NCBI RefSeq assembly: GCF_965208355.1
Contig: NZ_CBDBOM010000003.1
Location: forward strand, 2,710,234 to 2,774,233
DNA length: 64,000 nucleotides
Origin: Candidatus Poriferisocius sp.
GTDB taxonomy: Bacteria > Actinomycetota > Acidimicrobiia > Acidimicrobiales > Bin134
Reading direction: 5' to 3'
Part shown: positions 17,643 through 29,424 of the stretch, in pieces
Layout: each line of letters begins with the position of its first letter
Numbering within the stretch: the stretch's first letter is position 1
Position numbers and translations under genes: made by a program
The notes under the pieces: model-generated
The model's database searches: none
What the model was told of the DNA's origin: nothing
What the model saw: the letters and a program-made list of their open reading frames with translations, nothing else

Positions 17643-18817
17643 TGTTCACTGCTTCCGATCAACGGGCGCTGAGGGCTGTCGCCGTTCAGTTCTTCGTCAA
17701 CGGGGCGATTTTCGCATCCTTCATCCCCCGACTCCCCGAGATCCGAGACCGAGTGGACATCAGCGTGGCCGAGATCGGTCTGCTCATGTCGATTGCCGGA
17801 GTCAGCGGATTGGTGGGCAGTGCGGTGGTCGGCCCGGCTGTCAGCCGCTTCGGAACCCGACTGGTGATGCTGGTCGCCGGGGCGCTCACCGCCCTGTCGC
17901 TCCCCGTCATCGGCGTCGCCCGCGCCCCATGGGTGCTGTTGGTCGGCTTGATCGCCCTGCAAACCTTCGACGTGCTCATGGATGTGGCCATGAATTTGCA
18001 GGGTTCGTGGCTGAGTGCACGAAGGCACACACCGGTGATGACCCGCCTGCACGGACTGTGGAGCCTCGGAACGGTGATCGGCGGCGTATCGGCCTCTCGA
18101 GTCGCCGCCGCGGGAATCTCGTTGTCCACTCACTTGGTATGCGCCGCGGCGATCTTGCTCGCTGCCCTCGGTTTTGCGAGCCGGGGCTTGCTTCGAGTTG
18201 ACGAGCACTCCGGGAGCGAGTCAACCGAGGCACCAGCACAGACCATTCCCAATGGCCGACGTGTCTCTCCTGTCCTAGCGGCTTTCCTACTGGTCGGCTT
18301 CTTCTCAATTGCCCTCGAGTCAACCGCAATCGACTGGGCTGCATTTCGCCTCACCGACGACTTCTCGGCCTCTACGGGGCTGGCCGCCCTGGGCTATGTG
18401 GCCGTCGCCACAGGGATGACCGCCGGTCGGTTCACCGGCGACCTCATAGCTGCCCGGCTGGGGGGAAGCCGACTCCTCAGCATGTCGACCATCATGACCG
18501 GCGGCGGTTTGGCCGCCGCCACCCTTACTCCTGACCAGACCGTCACCCTCATCGGATATGCCATTGCCGGCCTGGGGGTGGCCAATCTGAGCCCGATTCT
18601 CTACGACGCCGCGGCTCAGCATCCCGGACGGCCGGGCGCTGGCCTCGGAGCGCTCACCGCCGGCCTCCGGGCCGCCTTCCTCACCATCCCCCTTCTGGTG
18701 GGAACGCTGGCCGCGAGCCGCCTCTCGGTGGGCAGCGCCATCGCCGTGGTCACCCTCCCGAGTTTCATCGGATTCCTGGCCATGACCGGGCTGATATCGC
18801 GGGTTCGCAGCAGTTAG
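17643..18817 (+). CDS. MFS transporter
   Basis: I prefer ATG at 17643 (MFTASDQRALRAVAVQFFVNGAIFASFIP..). The track ORF from 17369 overlaps the divergent amidohydrolase gene. Multiple TM segments. Confidence 0.75.
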
Positions 18818-19479
18818 CCAGAGGGAGGGTGGTAGCAGACGGCTTCCTGGGCGGAGCGCACCCAGCGGAGCTCGGTGTCGGGGGGGCAAGGCGCGCCAAG
18901 GGGCACCCAGCGCACTAGCTTGCCGTCGTGGGGGTGGTCGCAGGGCACGGTGATGAGAGTGGTGGTGCCGATGCGGAAGCAGTCGCCGGGCTCGGGGCGG
19001 GACTCAGACACCGGCGCCGTCGCCGCGATGGGATCGTCGGGGTCGGAGTCGTCAATGGCGGAAGTGGCCAGGAAGATCACTGCCACCGCCACTGCGGCCA
19101 AGACCACAGCCGCCAGGCTGATCCAGCGCCAGCGGATGCTGACCACCTCTAGGGAGGGGGTTTGCGGTCTTGGCGGTGTCCCGGAAGTGCGAGGGCTGGC
19201 CGCAGGACGGGGGCTGCCGGTCGGTCGGGTTGCACCCGCAGGACGAGGGCTGCCGGGATGTCCAGGAGCGCTGCGGGCCAGCTTTCGATCGTAGGCGGCC
19301 CGGGATCGGATGTCTCCGAGCACTTCCCAAGCCTCGTTAACGGCCCGCATCCTCTCGGAATCGCCTGTCGGGCGGTCGGGGTGCCAGCGACGAGCCTGGC
19401 GGAGATAAGCCCGCCGAATGGCATCGGGCTTGGCGCCCGGAGATACACCCAGAACGTCGTAGTGCGACCGCTCCGGCAT
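18814..19479 (-). CDS. J-domain (DnaJ-like) membrane protein with a 4-Cys C-terminal domain
   Basis: HYDVLGV..AIRRAYLRQARRWHPDR (HPD motif), then a Pro-rich linker with a 12-aa tandem (GSPRPAGATRPT/GSPRPAASPRTS), a TM segment, and GDCF..VPCDHPHDG..APCPP..AVC. Confidence 0.8.
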   Translation of the reverse strand: MPERSHYDVLGVSPGAKPDAIRRAYLRQARRWHPDRPTGDSERMRAVNEAWEVLGDIRSRAAYDRKLARSAPGHPGSPRPAGATRPTGSPRPAASPRTSGTPPRPQTPSLEVVSIRWRWISLAAVVLAAVAVAVIFLATSAIDDSDPDDPIAATAPVSESRPEPGDCFRIGTTTLITVPCDHPHDGKLVRWVPLGAPCPPDTELRWVRSAQEAVCYHPPSG

Positions 19480-19500
19480 CGCCCCGACGCTATCCCGCTA

Positions 19501-21218
<1,718 letters not shown>

Positions 21219-21235
21219 CTAGGGATTGTCTCAAA

Positions 21236-22558
21236 TTACAAGGAAGAAATTTCAGCGGTGCGAATTTGGTCTCCGACGGTATTGGCAAAGGCTCTAAGCT
21301 CTGATTCGGCATCCAAACCCGCCATCTGAGCAGCCAAAACAGCATCGTAGAGTCGACCGGCCACCGTCGCGGTATCCACCTTGGGCTCCACCCCCACCGA
21401 GCGGGCCTTGTGAATCACCTTGTCGGCAAACAACAGAGCGGGCAGCCCTGAAGGGATTCCGTCCATCACCGAGGCCCGTCCCTTCTGGTCCCGCTTGATG
21501 GCCTCCCAGTTGACCAGCACCTCGTCGGCGCTGTCGGGGTCGGACCGGTCTGAATCAAACGGGCCGAATACATGGGGGTGGCGGGACTTGAGCTTGTCGT
21601 GGATGCCCCGGGCCACATCGGCCAAGGTGAACTGGCCGGCTTCGGTAGCCAGAACCGAGTGGAAGACAATCTGGTAGAGCAAGTCGCCCAGCTCCTCCTC
21701 CAGCTCCTCGTAGCCCGACAGGGTGTCGGGGTCCACCGCGTCAAGGGCTTCCAGAACCTCGTATGTCTCCTCCAGCAGATGGCCTCGCAACGACTGGTGG
21801 GTCTGCTCCTTGTCCCAGGGGCAGCGGCGACGCAGCTCGATGGCCAGGTCGGCGAACTGGGCCACCTCCCAGGCGATGGGCGCGCCCAGCTCCGGCACGT
21901 ACAGCGAAGTGAGATGGTCGGGCTCCACCGCGTGGTCCAAGTCGGACCAAGCCACCTCAAAGACTTGCTCGTCGGGAAGTCCCAGGCGCTGCAGCACGGT
22001 CACCGGTAGTTCAGCCCCGTCCGCGGCCGAGCGATCGAGGGACGCCAGGGCGGCCAGCTTGATGTCGCTGAGCACATGCATCGCGTCGCACTGGGCCACC
22101 AACAACGGCCCCCGCTCTCCGGCGGCGTCCACCGCGAACCGGCGCCCGTCCACCAGCCGCACCCCGCTGGCCAGGGGATCGATGCCCAGCCTTACCCACA
22201 CCAGATCGGCAAATGACAAGCCGGCCAGTACCTCCAGCTCCACTCCGGGCGCGGACCGCAGCAATTCCACGGTGCGCTCGGCCACCATCGGAGATCCGGG
22301 CACGGCATAGAGCACGTCGCCATCGGCGCCATCGGCTTCGGCCGACAAGCGGTCGACGATGGCCTCGTACACCTCCTCGAAGGATGAGGCGTGCTCGTAG
22401 ACGTCGTCGAATGACTCGGCTGGCTCCACCGCTGCCGCGGCAGGATGGCGACGGGTGCGCACGAAGCGGCGGCTGGTCCGGCTCATGGCCCCGAGAACCT
22501 CGTCGGTGATCAGCTCAGGGCCGGCCGGTCCGAGCCCGGCAACGATTACCTTGGCCAT
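21236..22558 (-). CDS. mazG: MazG nucleoside-triphosphate pyrophosphohydrolase with N-terminal tetrapyrrole-methylase-like domain (YabN-type)
   Basis: 440 aa. The N-terminal region ..VIVAGLGPAGPELIT..YAVPGSPMVAE.. is methylase-like. The C-terminal region has MazG EExxE-type motifs (..LLEETYEVLEA.., ..EELGDLLYQIV..). Conserved position after mfd. Confidence 0.85.
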   Translation of the reverse strand: MAKVIVAGLGPAGPELITDEVLGAMSRTSRRFVRTRRHPAAAAVEPAESFDDVYEHASSFEEVYEAIVDRLSAEADGADGDVLYAVPGSPMVAERTVELLRSAPGVELEVLAGLSFADLVWVRLGIDPLASGVRLVDGRRFAVDAAGERGPLLVAQCDAMHVLSDIKLAALASLDRSAADGAELPVTVLQRLGLPDEQVFEVAWSDLDHAVEPDHLTSLYVPELGAPIAWEVAQFADLAIELRRRCPWDKEQTHQSLRGHLLEETYEVLEALDAVDPDTLSGYEELEEELGDLLYQIVFHSVLATEAGQFTLADVARGIHDKLKSRHPHVFGPFDSDRSDPDSADEVLVNWEAIKRDQKGRASVMDGIPSGLPALLFADKVIHKARSVGVEPKVDTATVAGRLYDAVLAAQMAGLDAESELRAFANTVGDQIRTAEISSL

Positions 22559-22571
22559 GCTGTCCTGCCTA

Positions 22572-25500
22572 TCACGATGCTGCTGCCTCAGCCGCCTCGT
22601 CGTCGGGAACCAGGTCCCGCAGGGTGGCGATGATGGTCTCCACGGCCACCGCGGTGGACTCCATCGGGAGGACGAGGAGTCCGGCAGCTTCGTGGAAAGT
22701 GGCTTGCGGATAGAGGCGCTCCAAGCGGACGCGGCGGCTGGGCCGGAGCCTCACCGGGCTGAGCCGGGCCACCCACTTCGGGCCACCGAAACCGGGGCCC
22801 TTTGCCACCGCCACATCCCGAACCCCGCTGCGCAGGCATTCGCACCGCAGACGGGCCACAGCCAGCAGCGTCTGGGCCACGTCGGGGATCGGCCCATAGC
22901 GGTCGACCCATTCGGCGGCCACGTCGTCAACCTGGTCGGGACTCTGGCAGCCGGCCACCCGTCGATAGGCTTCCAATTTCAGCTCCTCTTTGGGCATGTA
23001 GTCAGCCGGAATGCTGGCGGCCTGGGGCACATCGATGCTTATCTCGACCGGCTCGGGCGGGGTCTCACCCTTCAACTCGGCCACCGCTTCGGTGACAAGC
23101 TGGCAATACAGGTCGTAGCCCACCGCGGCGATGTGGCCCGACTGGCCGGTTCCCAGCATGTTGCCCGCGCCCCGGATCTCCAGGTCCCGCATGGCGATCT
23201 TGAAGCCTGATCCCAGCTCGGTGGCCTCGCCGATCGTCTTGAGCCGCTCATAGGCATCTTCGGTGATCACCCGGCCCTCGGGGGTGAACAGATAGGCGTA
23301 GGCCCGGGCTCCGGCCCGGCCCACCCGGCCCCGTAGCTGGTGGAGCTGGCCCAGTCCCAACAGGTCGGCCCGGTCCACCACCAAGGTGTTCACCGTGGGC
23401 ATGTCTATGCCCGATTCGATGATGGTGGTGCACACCAGCACGTCGTAGGCCCGCTCCCAAAAGTCGATTACCACCTGCTCCAGCGTGCCCTCATCCATCT
23501 GACCGTGAGCCACCGCAATGCGAGCTTCGGGCACCATCTCCCGAAGGTCGGCGGCCACGTGGTCGATGTCGGCCACCCGGTTGTGGACGAAGAAGGCCTG
23601 GCCATCGCGCAGCAGCTCCCGGCGGATGGCTTCGGCCACCGGACGCTCGTCGAAGGCGCCCACGTAGGTCAAGATGGGCTGGCGGTCGGCGGGCGGCGTG
23701 TGCAGCAGCGTGAGGTCGCGAATACCGGTAAGGCTCATCTCCAGGGTCCGGGGAATGGGCGTGGCGGTGAGGGTGATCACGTCCACATCGGCCTTTATCG
23801 ACTTGATGGCCTCTTTGTGGGTGACCCCGAAGCGCTGCTCCTCGTCCACCACCAGCAGCCCCAAGTCCCGGAAGGCGACGTCGTCGGACAGCAGTCGGTG
23901 GGTTCCGATCACCACGTCCACCGAGCCGTCGGCCAAGCCGCTCACCACCTTGCGGGCCTGGCCAGGGGACAAGAACCGGCTCAGCACCTCCACTCGGATG
24001 GGATAGCTGGCGAACCGGTCGCCAAATGTCTGGTAGTGCTGCTGGGCCAACAGCGTGGTGGGCACCAGCACCGCCGCCTGAGCACCGTCCTGGACGGCCT
24101 TGAAAACCGCCCGCAAGGCCACCTCGGTCTTGCCGAAGCCCACATCGCCGCAAATGAGGCGGTCCATGGGCACCGACTGCTCCATGTCGGCCTTGACCTC
24201 CACGATGGCCTTGTGCTGATCGGGGGTAAGCTGGTATCCGAAGGCCGACTCCATCTCCGTCTGCCACGGGGTATCGGGGGAGAACGCCCGGCCGGGGGTG
24301 GTGATCCGGCGCTGGTACAGCACCACCAGCTCCTTGGCGATCTCGCTGACCGCGGAGCGCACCCCGCTCTTGGTCCGCTGCCAATCGGCGCCCCCCATCT
24401 TGCTCAGGGTGGGCGACTCGCCCCCCGAATAGCGGCGCACGGCGTCCACCTGGTCGGTGGGCACATAGAGCTTGTCGCCCCCCCGGTACTCCACCAGCAG
24501 GTAGTCGCGGCTGACCCCGGCTATCGAACGGTTCACCATTCCGGCGTAGCGGCCCACGCCGTGGTGGCGATGGACCACATAGTCGCCTGCGGCCAGGTCG
24601 TCCATCTCTTGGGCCAACGACTGGCGGGGACGGCTGCGCCGGTGGGCCCGGCGGCGGCCGGTCAGATCGGCCTCGCCCATCACGGCCACTTTGGCGTCGG
24701 GGAGCACAAACCCCCGCTGAATTGGGGCCACCACCACGGACCCCGCGGGGTCAGAGGTACCCCCGAATCCGGCGTCGCCTCCCATGTGAACCGGGAGGTC
24801 CACCCCGTGCTCTCGCAGCAGTTCCGCCGACCGGGTGGCCGATCCGGCCCCGTCGGCAGCCACCCGAACCCGGTACCCGTCGGCCAGAAGCCGGGAGACC
24901 TGGGCCACGGGGGCCGACGGGTCGCCGATGGCCGAAGCCCACCCTCCCACCGCCACCACCGGAGTGGACGGCGAGGCCGGCACCGGGGTCATGGTCCACA
25001 CCGGTGACTGGCAGGCGGTCAGCAGCCGGTCGTAGTCCACGTGCAGGCGGGGAAACTCCTCCCCGGCCGCACCCCAGGTCTGGGCCAGCGCACCAGCCAG
25101 ATCCGCTTCCTCAGCGGCGATGTCGGAGGCGCGATCCCGCAGCCGCCCCGGCTCCAGCAGCACCACCAGGGCGTCGGCGCCGAGTCGGTCGGTGATGATC
25201 TCGTCGGTGTCGATGAGCCAGGGAAGCCACGACTCCATACCGTCGAAGAACTGACCCTCGGCCAACCGCTCCCACTGTTCTCGACCCCAAGGTCGGGAGG
25301 CCACCAGGCCCTCGGCCGCAGCTCGAACCTCTGGCACCGGCCGCACCTCACGAGCGGGGAAGATCACCGCCCTGCCTATGGGGTGGGTGGCCCGCTGGTC
25401 GGCCACCGAGAACTCGGTCAACCGGTCCACCTCGTCACCCCACAGGTCGATGCGCACCGGGCTGTCGGCGGTGGACGGGAACACGTCGACAATCGAACCC

Positions 25501-26051
25501 CGCACCGCGAACACGCCCCGGTGCTCCACCTGCACGTCGCGCCGATATCCCCGAGTGGCTAGGTTGACAACCAGCTGCTCTTGGTCGACTCGGTCGCCCG
25601 AAGCCACGGTCACCGGCTCGGCGTCGTCAGAATCCAAGACCAGGCGCTGGAGCAAAGCCCGGATCGGGGCCACCAGCACTGGCGGGCACCTGTCGGGATC
25701 GCGGAGCTGCCAGATGGCCTCACATCGTCGCCCCATGGTCTCTACTCCGGGGCTGATCCGCTCGAACGGCAGCGTCTCCCACGCCGGGAACACGGCGGCG
25801 CCGCCGTCGAGCATCGCGGCCAAGTCGCCGGCCAGACGCTCAGCGTCGGCGGTGGTGGGGACGGCCACCACCACCGGGCGGCGGCCGTTCAGCTCGGCGA
25901 TGGCGGCCAGCACCGCAGCCTGGCCCGATTCGGCCACCGCCAAAGAGGCGTCGCGCTGCCCCAGAACCTGCACCACTGATGGGTCTGAGGCCAGCAGTCG
26001 CCCCAGTCCGGCCAAACCCGGTCCGGCGGCCGCAACTGCGGTAGCGGCCAT
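22572..26051 (-). CDS. mfd: transcription-repair coupling factor
   Basis: 1159 aa. CarD-like segment (..DYVVHRHHGVGRY..), superfamily-2 helicase motifs (GDVGFGKTEVA, DEEQRFGV, ..QLRGRVGR..). Confidence 0.97.
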   Translation of the reverse strand: MAATAVAAAGPGLAGLGRLLASDPSVVQVLGQRDASLAVAESGQAAVLAAIAELNGRRPVVVAVPTTADAERLAGDLAAMLDGGAAVFPAWETLPFERISPGVETMGRRCEAIWQLRDPDRCPPVLVAPIRALLQRLVLDSDDAEPVTVASGDRVDQEQLVVNLATRGYRRDVQVEHRGVFAVRGSIVDVFPSTADSPVRIDLWGDEVDRLTEFSVADQRATHPIGRAVIFPAREVRPVPEVRAAAEGLVASRPWGREQWERLAEGQFFDGMESWLPWLIDTDEIITDRLGADALVVLLEPGRLRDRASDIAAEEADLAGALAQTWGAAGEEFPRLHVDYDRLLTACQSPVWTMTPVPASPSTPVVAVGGWASAIGDPSAPVAQVSRLLADGYRVRVAADGAGSATRSAELLREHGVDLPVHMGGDAGFGGTSDPAGSVVVAPIQRGFVLPDAKVAVMGEADLTGRRRAHRRSRPRQSLAQEMDDLAAGDYVVHRHHGVGRYAGMVNRSIAGVSRDYLLVEYRGGDKLYVPTDQVDAVRRYSGGESPTLSKMGGADWQRTKSGVRSAVSEIAKELVVLYQRRITTPGRAFSPDTPWQTEMESAFGYQLTPDQHKAIVEVKADMEQSVPMDRLICGDVGFGKTEVALRAVFKAVQDGAQAAVLVPTTLLAQQHYQTFGDRFASYPIRVEVLSRFLSPGQARKVVSGLADGSVDVVIGTHRLLSDDVAFRDLGLLVVDEEQRFGVTHKEAIKSIKADVDVITLTATPIPRTLEMSLTGIRDLTLLHTPPADRQPILTYVGAFDERPVAEAIRRELLRDGQAFFVHNRVADIDHVAADLREMVPEARIAVAHGQMDEGTLEQVVIDFWERAYDVLVCTTIIESGIDMPTVNTLVVDRADLLGLGQLHQLRGRVGRAGARAYAYLFTPEGRVITEDAYERLKTIGEATELGSGFKIAMRDLEIRGAGNMLGTGQSGHIAAVGYDLYCQLVTEAVAELKGETPPEPVEISIDVPQAASIPADYMPKEELKLEAYRRVAGCQSPDQVDDVAAEWVDRYGPIPDVAQTLLAVARLRCECLRSGVRDVAVAKGPGFGGPKWVARLSPVRLRPSRRVRLERLYPQATFHEAAGLLVLPMESTAVAVETIIATLRDLVPDDEAAEAAAS

Positions 26052-26662
26052 CAGTTGAACCTGTTCATCACAATGTCAACCGGGCGGTCGAGCAGGGCCA
26101 GGGCGGCGTCGGCCGCCCGCTCCACCGCATCGTCCAACAGGTCCCGGTCGGCCCGGCCCGGTCGCTTCAGCACATAGTCGGCACCAGCCCGGGTATCGGG
26201 GGGCTTGCCCACTCCGATGCGGATGCGGGTGAACTCGGCCGTACGGAGGTGAGACTTGATGGACGACAGGCCATAGTGCCCGGCCAGCCCCCCGCCATCC
26301 TTTACCTTGATGCGCCCCGGGGGCAGGTCGAGCTCGTCGTGGATCACCACCAACCGGTCCAAGTGCTCGGCGATGCTCCAGCGGCGCACCAGTGCCCGCA
26401 CCGCCTCGCCCGACTTGTTCATGAAGGTCTGGGGAAAGGCCAGCACCACCCGTCGGCCTTCCACCCTGATCTCAGCCACCAGGGCCGCCTCCCGGCTCTT
26501 GCCCAACGACTGCCCGTAGCGCTCGGCCAGAAGCTCCACCGCCTCGGCACCCACGTTGTGGCGAGAGCCCGCGTACTTGTCTCCGGGATTGCCCAACCCC
26601 ACCACCACAAGATCGGCCGGGGTGTCGGTGTGCTTCTTTCGGGATCGCCAGCGGGAGGGCAC
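26051..26662 (-). CDS. pth: peptidyl-tRNA hydrolase
   Basis: ..VVGLGNPGDKYAGSRHNVG.. and ..HDELDLPPGRIKVK.GGG.AGH.GL.S motifs. Its stop shares one base with the mfd ATG. Confidence 0.93.
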   Translation of the reverse strand: MPSRWRSRKKHTDTPADLVVVGLGNPGDKYAGSRHNVGAEAVELLAERYGQSLGKSREAALVAEIRVEGRRVVLAFPQTFMNKSGEAVRALVRRWSIAEHLDRLVVIHDELDLPPGRIKVKDGGGLAGHYGLSSIKSHLRTAEFTRIRIGVGKPPDTRAGADYVLKRPGRADRDLLDDAVERAADAALALLDRPVDIVMNRFN

Positions 26663-26680
26663 GGCGACAGGCGCCGAGGG

Positions 26681-27373
26681 CTATTCGGCGGGGTCTTCGG
26701 AAGCGGCGTCGTCGCCCTGGTCGTCGGCTTCGTCGTCTTCCTCGGACACAATCGGCTGGCCGTCTTCATCCAGCTCGACCTCGGCCTCTTCGTCCACCTC
26801 AGGCTCTTCAATCTCCATGACCCTGATCGAAGTGCTGGCCACCAGCTCCTCGGGATCGCCGGCCAGCTCTACCCCTTCGGGCAGTTCGAGATCGCCAGTT
26901 CTCACCGTGTCGCCCATCACCATCTCGCTGATGTCGATTGTCAACTCGTTGGGAATGGCCTCGGGCTTGGCCAGCACCGCGACAGTGAAGGCAACTTGAT
27001 CCACCACACCGTCTTCGTTGGTCACTGCGGTGGCATCGCCCTCCAGCACCACCCGAACCTCTACTTCCACGGCTACGTCGGCGTCCACCCGGATGAAATC
27101 CACATGGATGACCTCATTGCGAACCGGGTGGTGCTGCAAATCCTTGACCAGGCTGAGCTGGCGATCGCCGTCCACCTCCAAGGTGAGCAGGGCATTGAGG
27201 CCAGCTTCAGTGTTCAAGGCTGACCGCAGCTCGCGGGCATCCACTGCCACCGAAACCGTCTCTCCACCCAGCCCGTACACCACGCCGGGAACCCGTCCCT
27301 CGTGGCGCAGGCGCCGAGACGGCCGGGTACCCAGCTCGCGATGGGTATCGGTCTTCAAGATCAGCTCAGCCAT
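26681..27373 (-). CDS. rplY: 50S ribosomal protein L25/general stress protein Ctc, with acidic tail
   Basis: I start it at ATG 27373 (MAELILKTDTHRELGTRPSRRLRHEGRVPGVVYG..). The 423-aa track ORF is an upstream extension running through prs. Confidence 0.9.
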   Translation of the reverse strand: MAELILKTDTHRELGTRPSRRLRHEGRVPGVVYGLGGETVSVAVDARELRSALNTEAGLNALLTLEVDGDRQLSLVKDLQHHPVRNEVIHVDFIRVDADVAVEVEVRVVLEGDATAVTNEDGVVDQVAFTVAVLAKPEAIPNELTIDISEMVMGDTVRTGDLELPEGVELAGDPEELVASTSIRVMEIEEPEVDEEAEVELDEDGQPIVSEEDDEADDQGDDAASEDPAE

Positions 27374-27420
27374 AGTGCAGCTAGCAATCTTATCGGCCCG
27401 CAGCGCGAAAGGGCTAAGAG

Positions 27421-28401
27421 CTAAGAGAGGTTCTTGCCGCCGAAGATCTCGGAGACTGAGGTGTCTTCGAACACGGCATCGATGGCGTCGGCGATGATGC
27501 TGGCCACCGACAGCACTTCGACCTTGTCGATCTGCTTGTCGGGCGACAACGGCAAGGTGTTGGTGATAACCACCTTTGAGATCACCGAGTTCTTGAGCCG
27601 GTCGACGGCCGGGCCGGAGAACACGCCATGGGTGGTGGCGGCAACTATCGTGGCCGCACCCCGAGCGGCCAAGGCGTCGGCCGCGGCCACGATGGTGCCC
27701 CCAGTATCGATCATGTCGTCGATAAGCACGCAGGTTCGGCCCTCCACGTCGCCCACCACCTCTATGACCTCCACCGCGTGCTTGACATCCATGGCTCTGC
27801 GCTTGTGAACAATGGCTAGGTCGGCGTCCAGTTCGTTGGTGTAGCGCTCGGCAACCTTCACTCGACCCGCATCGGGGGACACAATTACCAAGTCGCCGTC
27901 GAAGTCCTTGAGATAGTCGACTAGCACCGGCATAGCGGTCAGGTGGTCCCATGGGCCGTCGAAGAATCCCTGGATCTGCCCAGAGTGGAGATCGACGCTC
28001 AGCATGCGATTGGCCCCCGCGGTTCGGAAGGTGTTGGCCATCAGCTTGGCGGTGATGGGCTCACGGCCCGCGGCCTTGCGGTCTTGGCGGCCATAGCCGT
28101 AGAAGGGGCACACCGCGGTAATGCGCTTGGCCGAGGCCCGCCGGGCCGCGTCCACCATGATGAGATGCTCCATCACCGCGTCGTTGATGGAGGCGTCGCC
28201 GTGCGCGGTGTGGCTTTGGACGATGAACACGTCGGTGCCCCTCACCGATTCCTCAAACCGACAGTGGATTTCCCCGTTGGCGAAGTCGGCGATGTTGGGC
28301 TCCACCAGCTCCTCTCCAAGTGTTTCGGCGATCTCGGCGGCCAGTTCGTGGTTGGCCCTACCCGAGATGATGGCCAGCTTCTTCTTGGTGACGAGTTCCA
28401 T
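27421..28401 (-). CDS. prs: ribose-phosphate pyrophosphokinase
   Basis: Starts at ATG 28401 (MELVTKKKLAIISGRANHELA..). ..DLHSGQIQGFF.. and PRPP loop ..VLIDDMIDTGGT... Confidence 0.95.
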   Translation of the reverse strand: MELVTKKKLAIISGRANHELAAEIAETLGEELVEPNIADFANGEIHCRFEESVRGTDVFIVQSHTAHGDASINDAVMEHLIMVDAARRASAKRITAVCPFYGYGRQDRKAAGREPITAKLMANTFRTAGANRMLSVDLHSGQIQGFFDGPWDHLTAMPVLVDYLKDFDGDLVIVSPDAGRVKVAERYTNELDADLAIVHKRRAMDVKHAVEVIEVVGDVEGRTCVLIDDMIDTGGTIVAAADALAARGAATIVAATTHGVFSGPAVDRLKNSVISKVVITNTLPLSPDKQIDKVEVLSVASIIADAIDAVFEDTSVSEIFGGKNLS

Positions 28402-28405
28402 GAAA

Positions 28406-29371
28406 TCAAATTCCTTCAGTGGAGGCAGGTGGTATTTGAGCTCCAGGCTCCAGGGTGATGTAGGCCCCAACATGGGCATCGGCGCCGATCTCGGCGTCAG
28501 TGGCCGACACCGCCTCCACCACCGCTCGAGGACCGACAACGCAATCGACCAAGTGGGTGTGGGGACCGATGACCGCATCCTCGCCGATCACCGTCTGGCC
28601 TCTGAGTACGACACCAGGGTGGATGACCACATCGGCGGCCAGCTTCACGCTCACGTCGATGTAGGCGCTGTGGGGGGCCATGATGCGCACCCCAGCGACC
28701 ATCCAGTTGCGGTTGATGCGCTGACGCATCTCCGCTTCGGCGAAGGCCAGTTGCTCTCGGTCGTCCACCCCCTGAGCCTCAGATTCGTCGATAGCGAAAG
28801 ACCCCGCGTCGTGCCCGGCGGAGGTGAGCACGGCGACCGCGTCGTTGAGGTCGTACTCGCGCCCGAAGTCGCCGGAGGCCAGTCGGCGCAGGGCCGGGGA
28901 CAGCAGGCTCCGGCGGAAGCAGACGATTTCGGCGGGCTCCTCGGACGCCGTGGCCACGGTGGCCGCGGCCCCGGACAGCCGGTGCTGGGCGGACAGGCCC
29001 CGCAGCGTCTGACCCTGCATGAGCGGCATGTCGGCCGAAACCACCAGCACATCCTCGTCGTCGACATCGCTGTCCAGGGCGGACAGGCCCAAAGCGGTGG
29101 CATCAGCCGTGCCCCGCTGCACGGGCTGCTCGACAAAGTCGATCCGAAGGTCGTAGGCCTCCTCGGTGACGTGTTTGGCCACTTCCTCGGCGCCAAAGCC
29201 CACCACCACGGCAATTTGGCGGGGCTTCGCGGCGGCGAGGGCATCTATCACGTGCAGCAGCATGGCCCGGCCGCAGAGGTCGTGGAGGGGTTTGGGTCGC
29301 CCCGATCTCATACGAGCGCCCCTGCCCGCAGCCAACACAACCGCAGAAAGGGGCATTGGATCAGCCGTCAT
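28406..29371 (-). CDS. GlmU-like sugar-1-phosphate nucleotidyltransferase with a short left-handed beta-helix; lacks the usual acetyltransferase C-terminus
   Basis: 321 aa. LAAGRGARMRSGRPKPL nucleotidyltransferase signature, ~90 aa of hexapeptide repeats, then a stop 4 nt before prs. Occupies the conserved glmU position (tRNA-Gln / glmU / prs). Confidence 0.75.
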   Translation of the reverse strand: MTADPMPLSAVVLAAGRGARMRSGRPKPLHDLCGRAMLLHVIDALAAAKPRQIAVVVGFGAEEVAKHVTEEAYDLRIDFVEQPVQRGTADATALGLSALDSDVDDEDVLVVSADMPLMQGQTLRGLSAQHRLSGAAATVATASEEPAEIVCFRRSLLSPALRRLASGDFGREYDLNDAVAVLTSAGHDAGSFAIDESEAQGVDDREQLAFAEAEMRQRINRNWMVAGVRIMAPHSAYIDVSVKLAADVVIHPGVVLRGQTVIGEDAVIGPHTHLVDCVVGPRAVVEAVSATDAEIGADAHVGAYITLEPGAQIPPASTEGI

Positions 29372-29424
29372 GTGTTTAGCGGGCCAACCCGCTCTCGACC
29401 ATCACATGTGTATTTCTAGCGCGG

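Noticed and set aside
26681-28578. N-terminally extended track ORFs: 26681-27952, 27421-28578, 30476-31483, 31294-32280, 35000-35791, 17369-18817, 44132-44974 and 9636-11825.
   Set aside because: The extensions overlap the preceding well-supported gene and translate to Arg/Pro-rich junk. An internal start gives the canonical family N-terminus, usually with a 4-nt overlap or a Shine-Dalgarno sequence.
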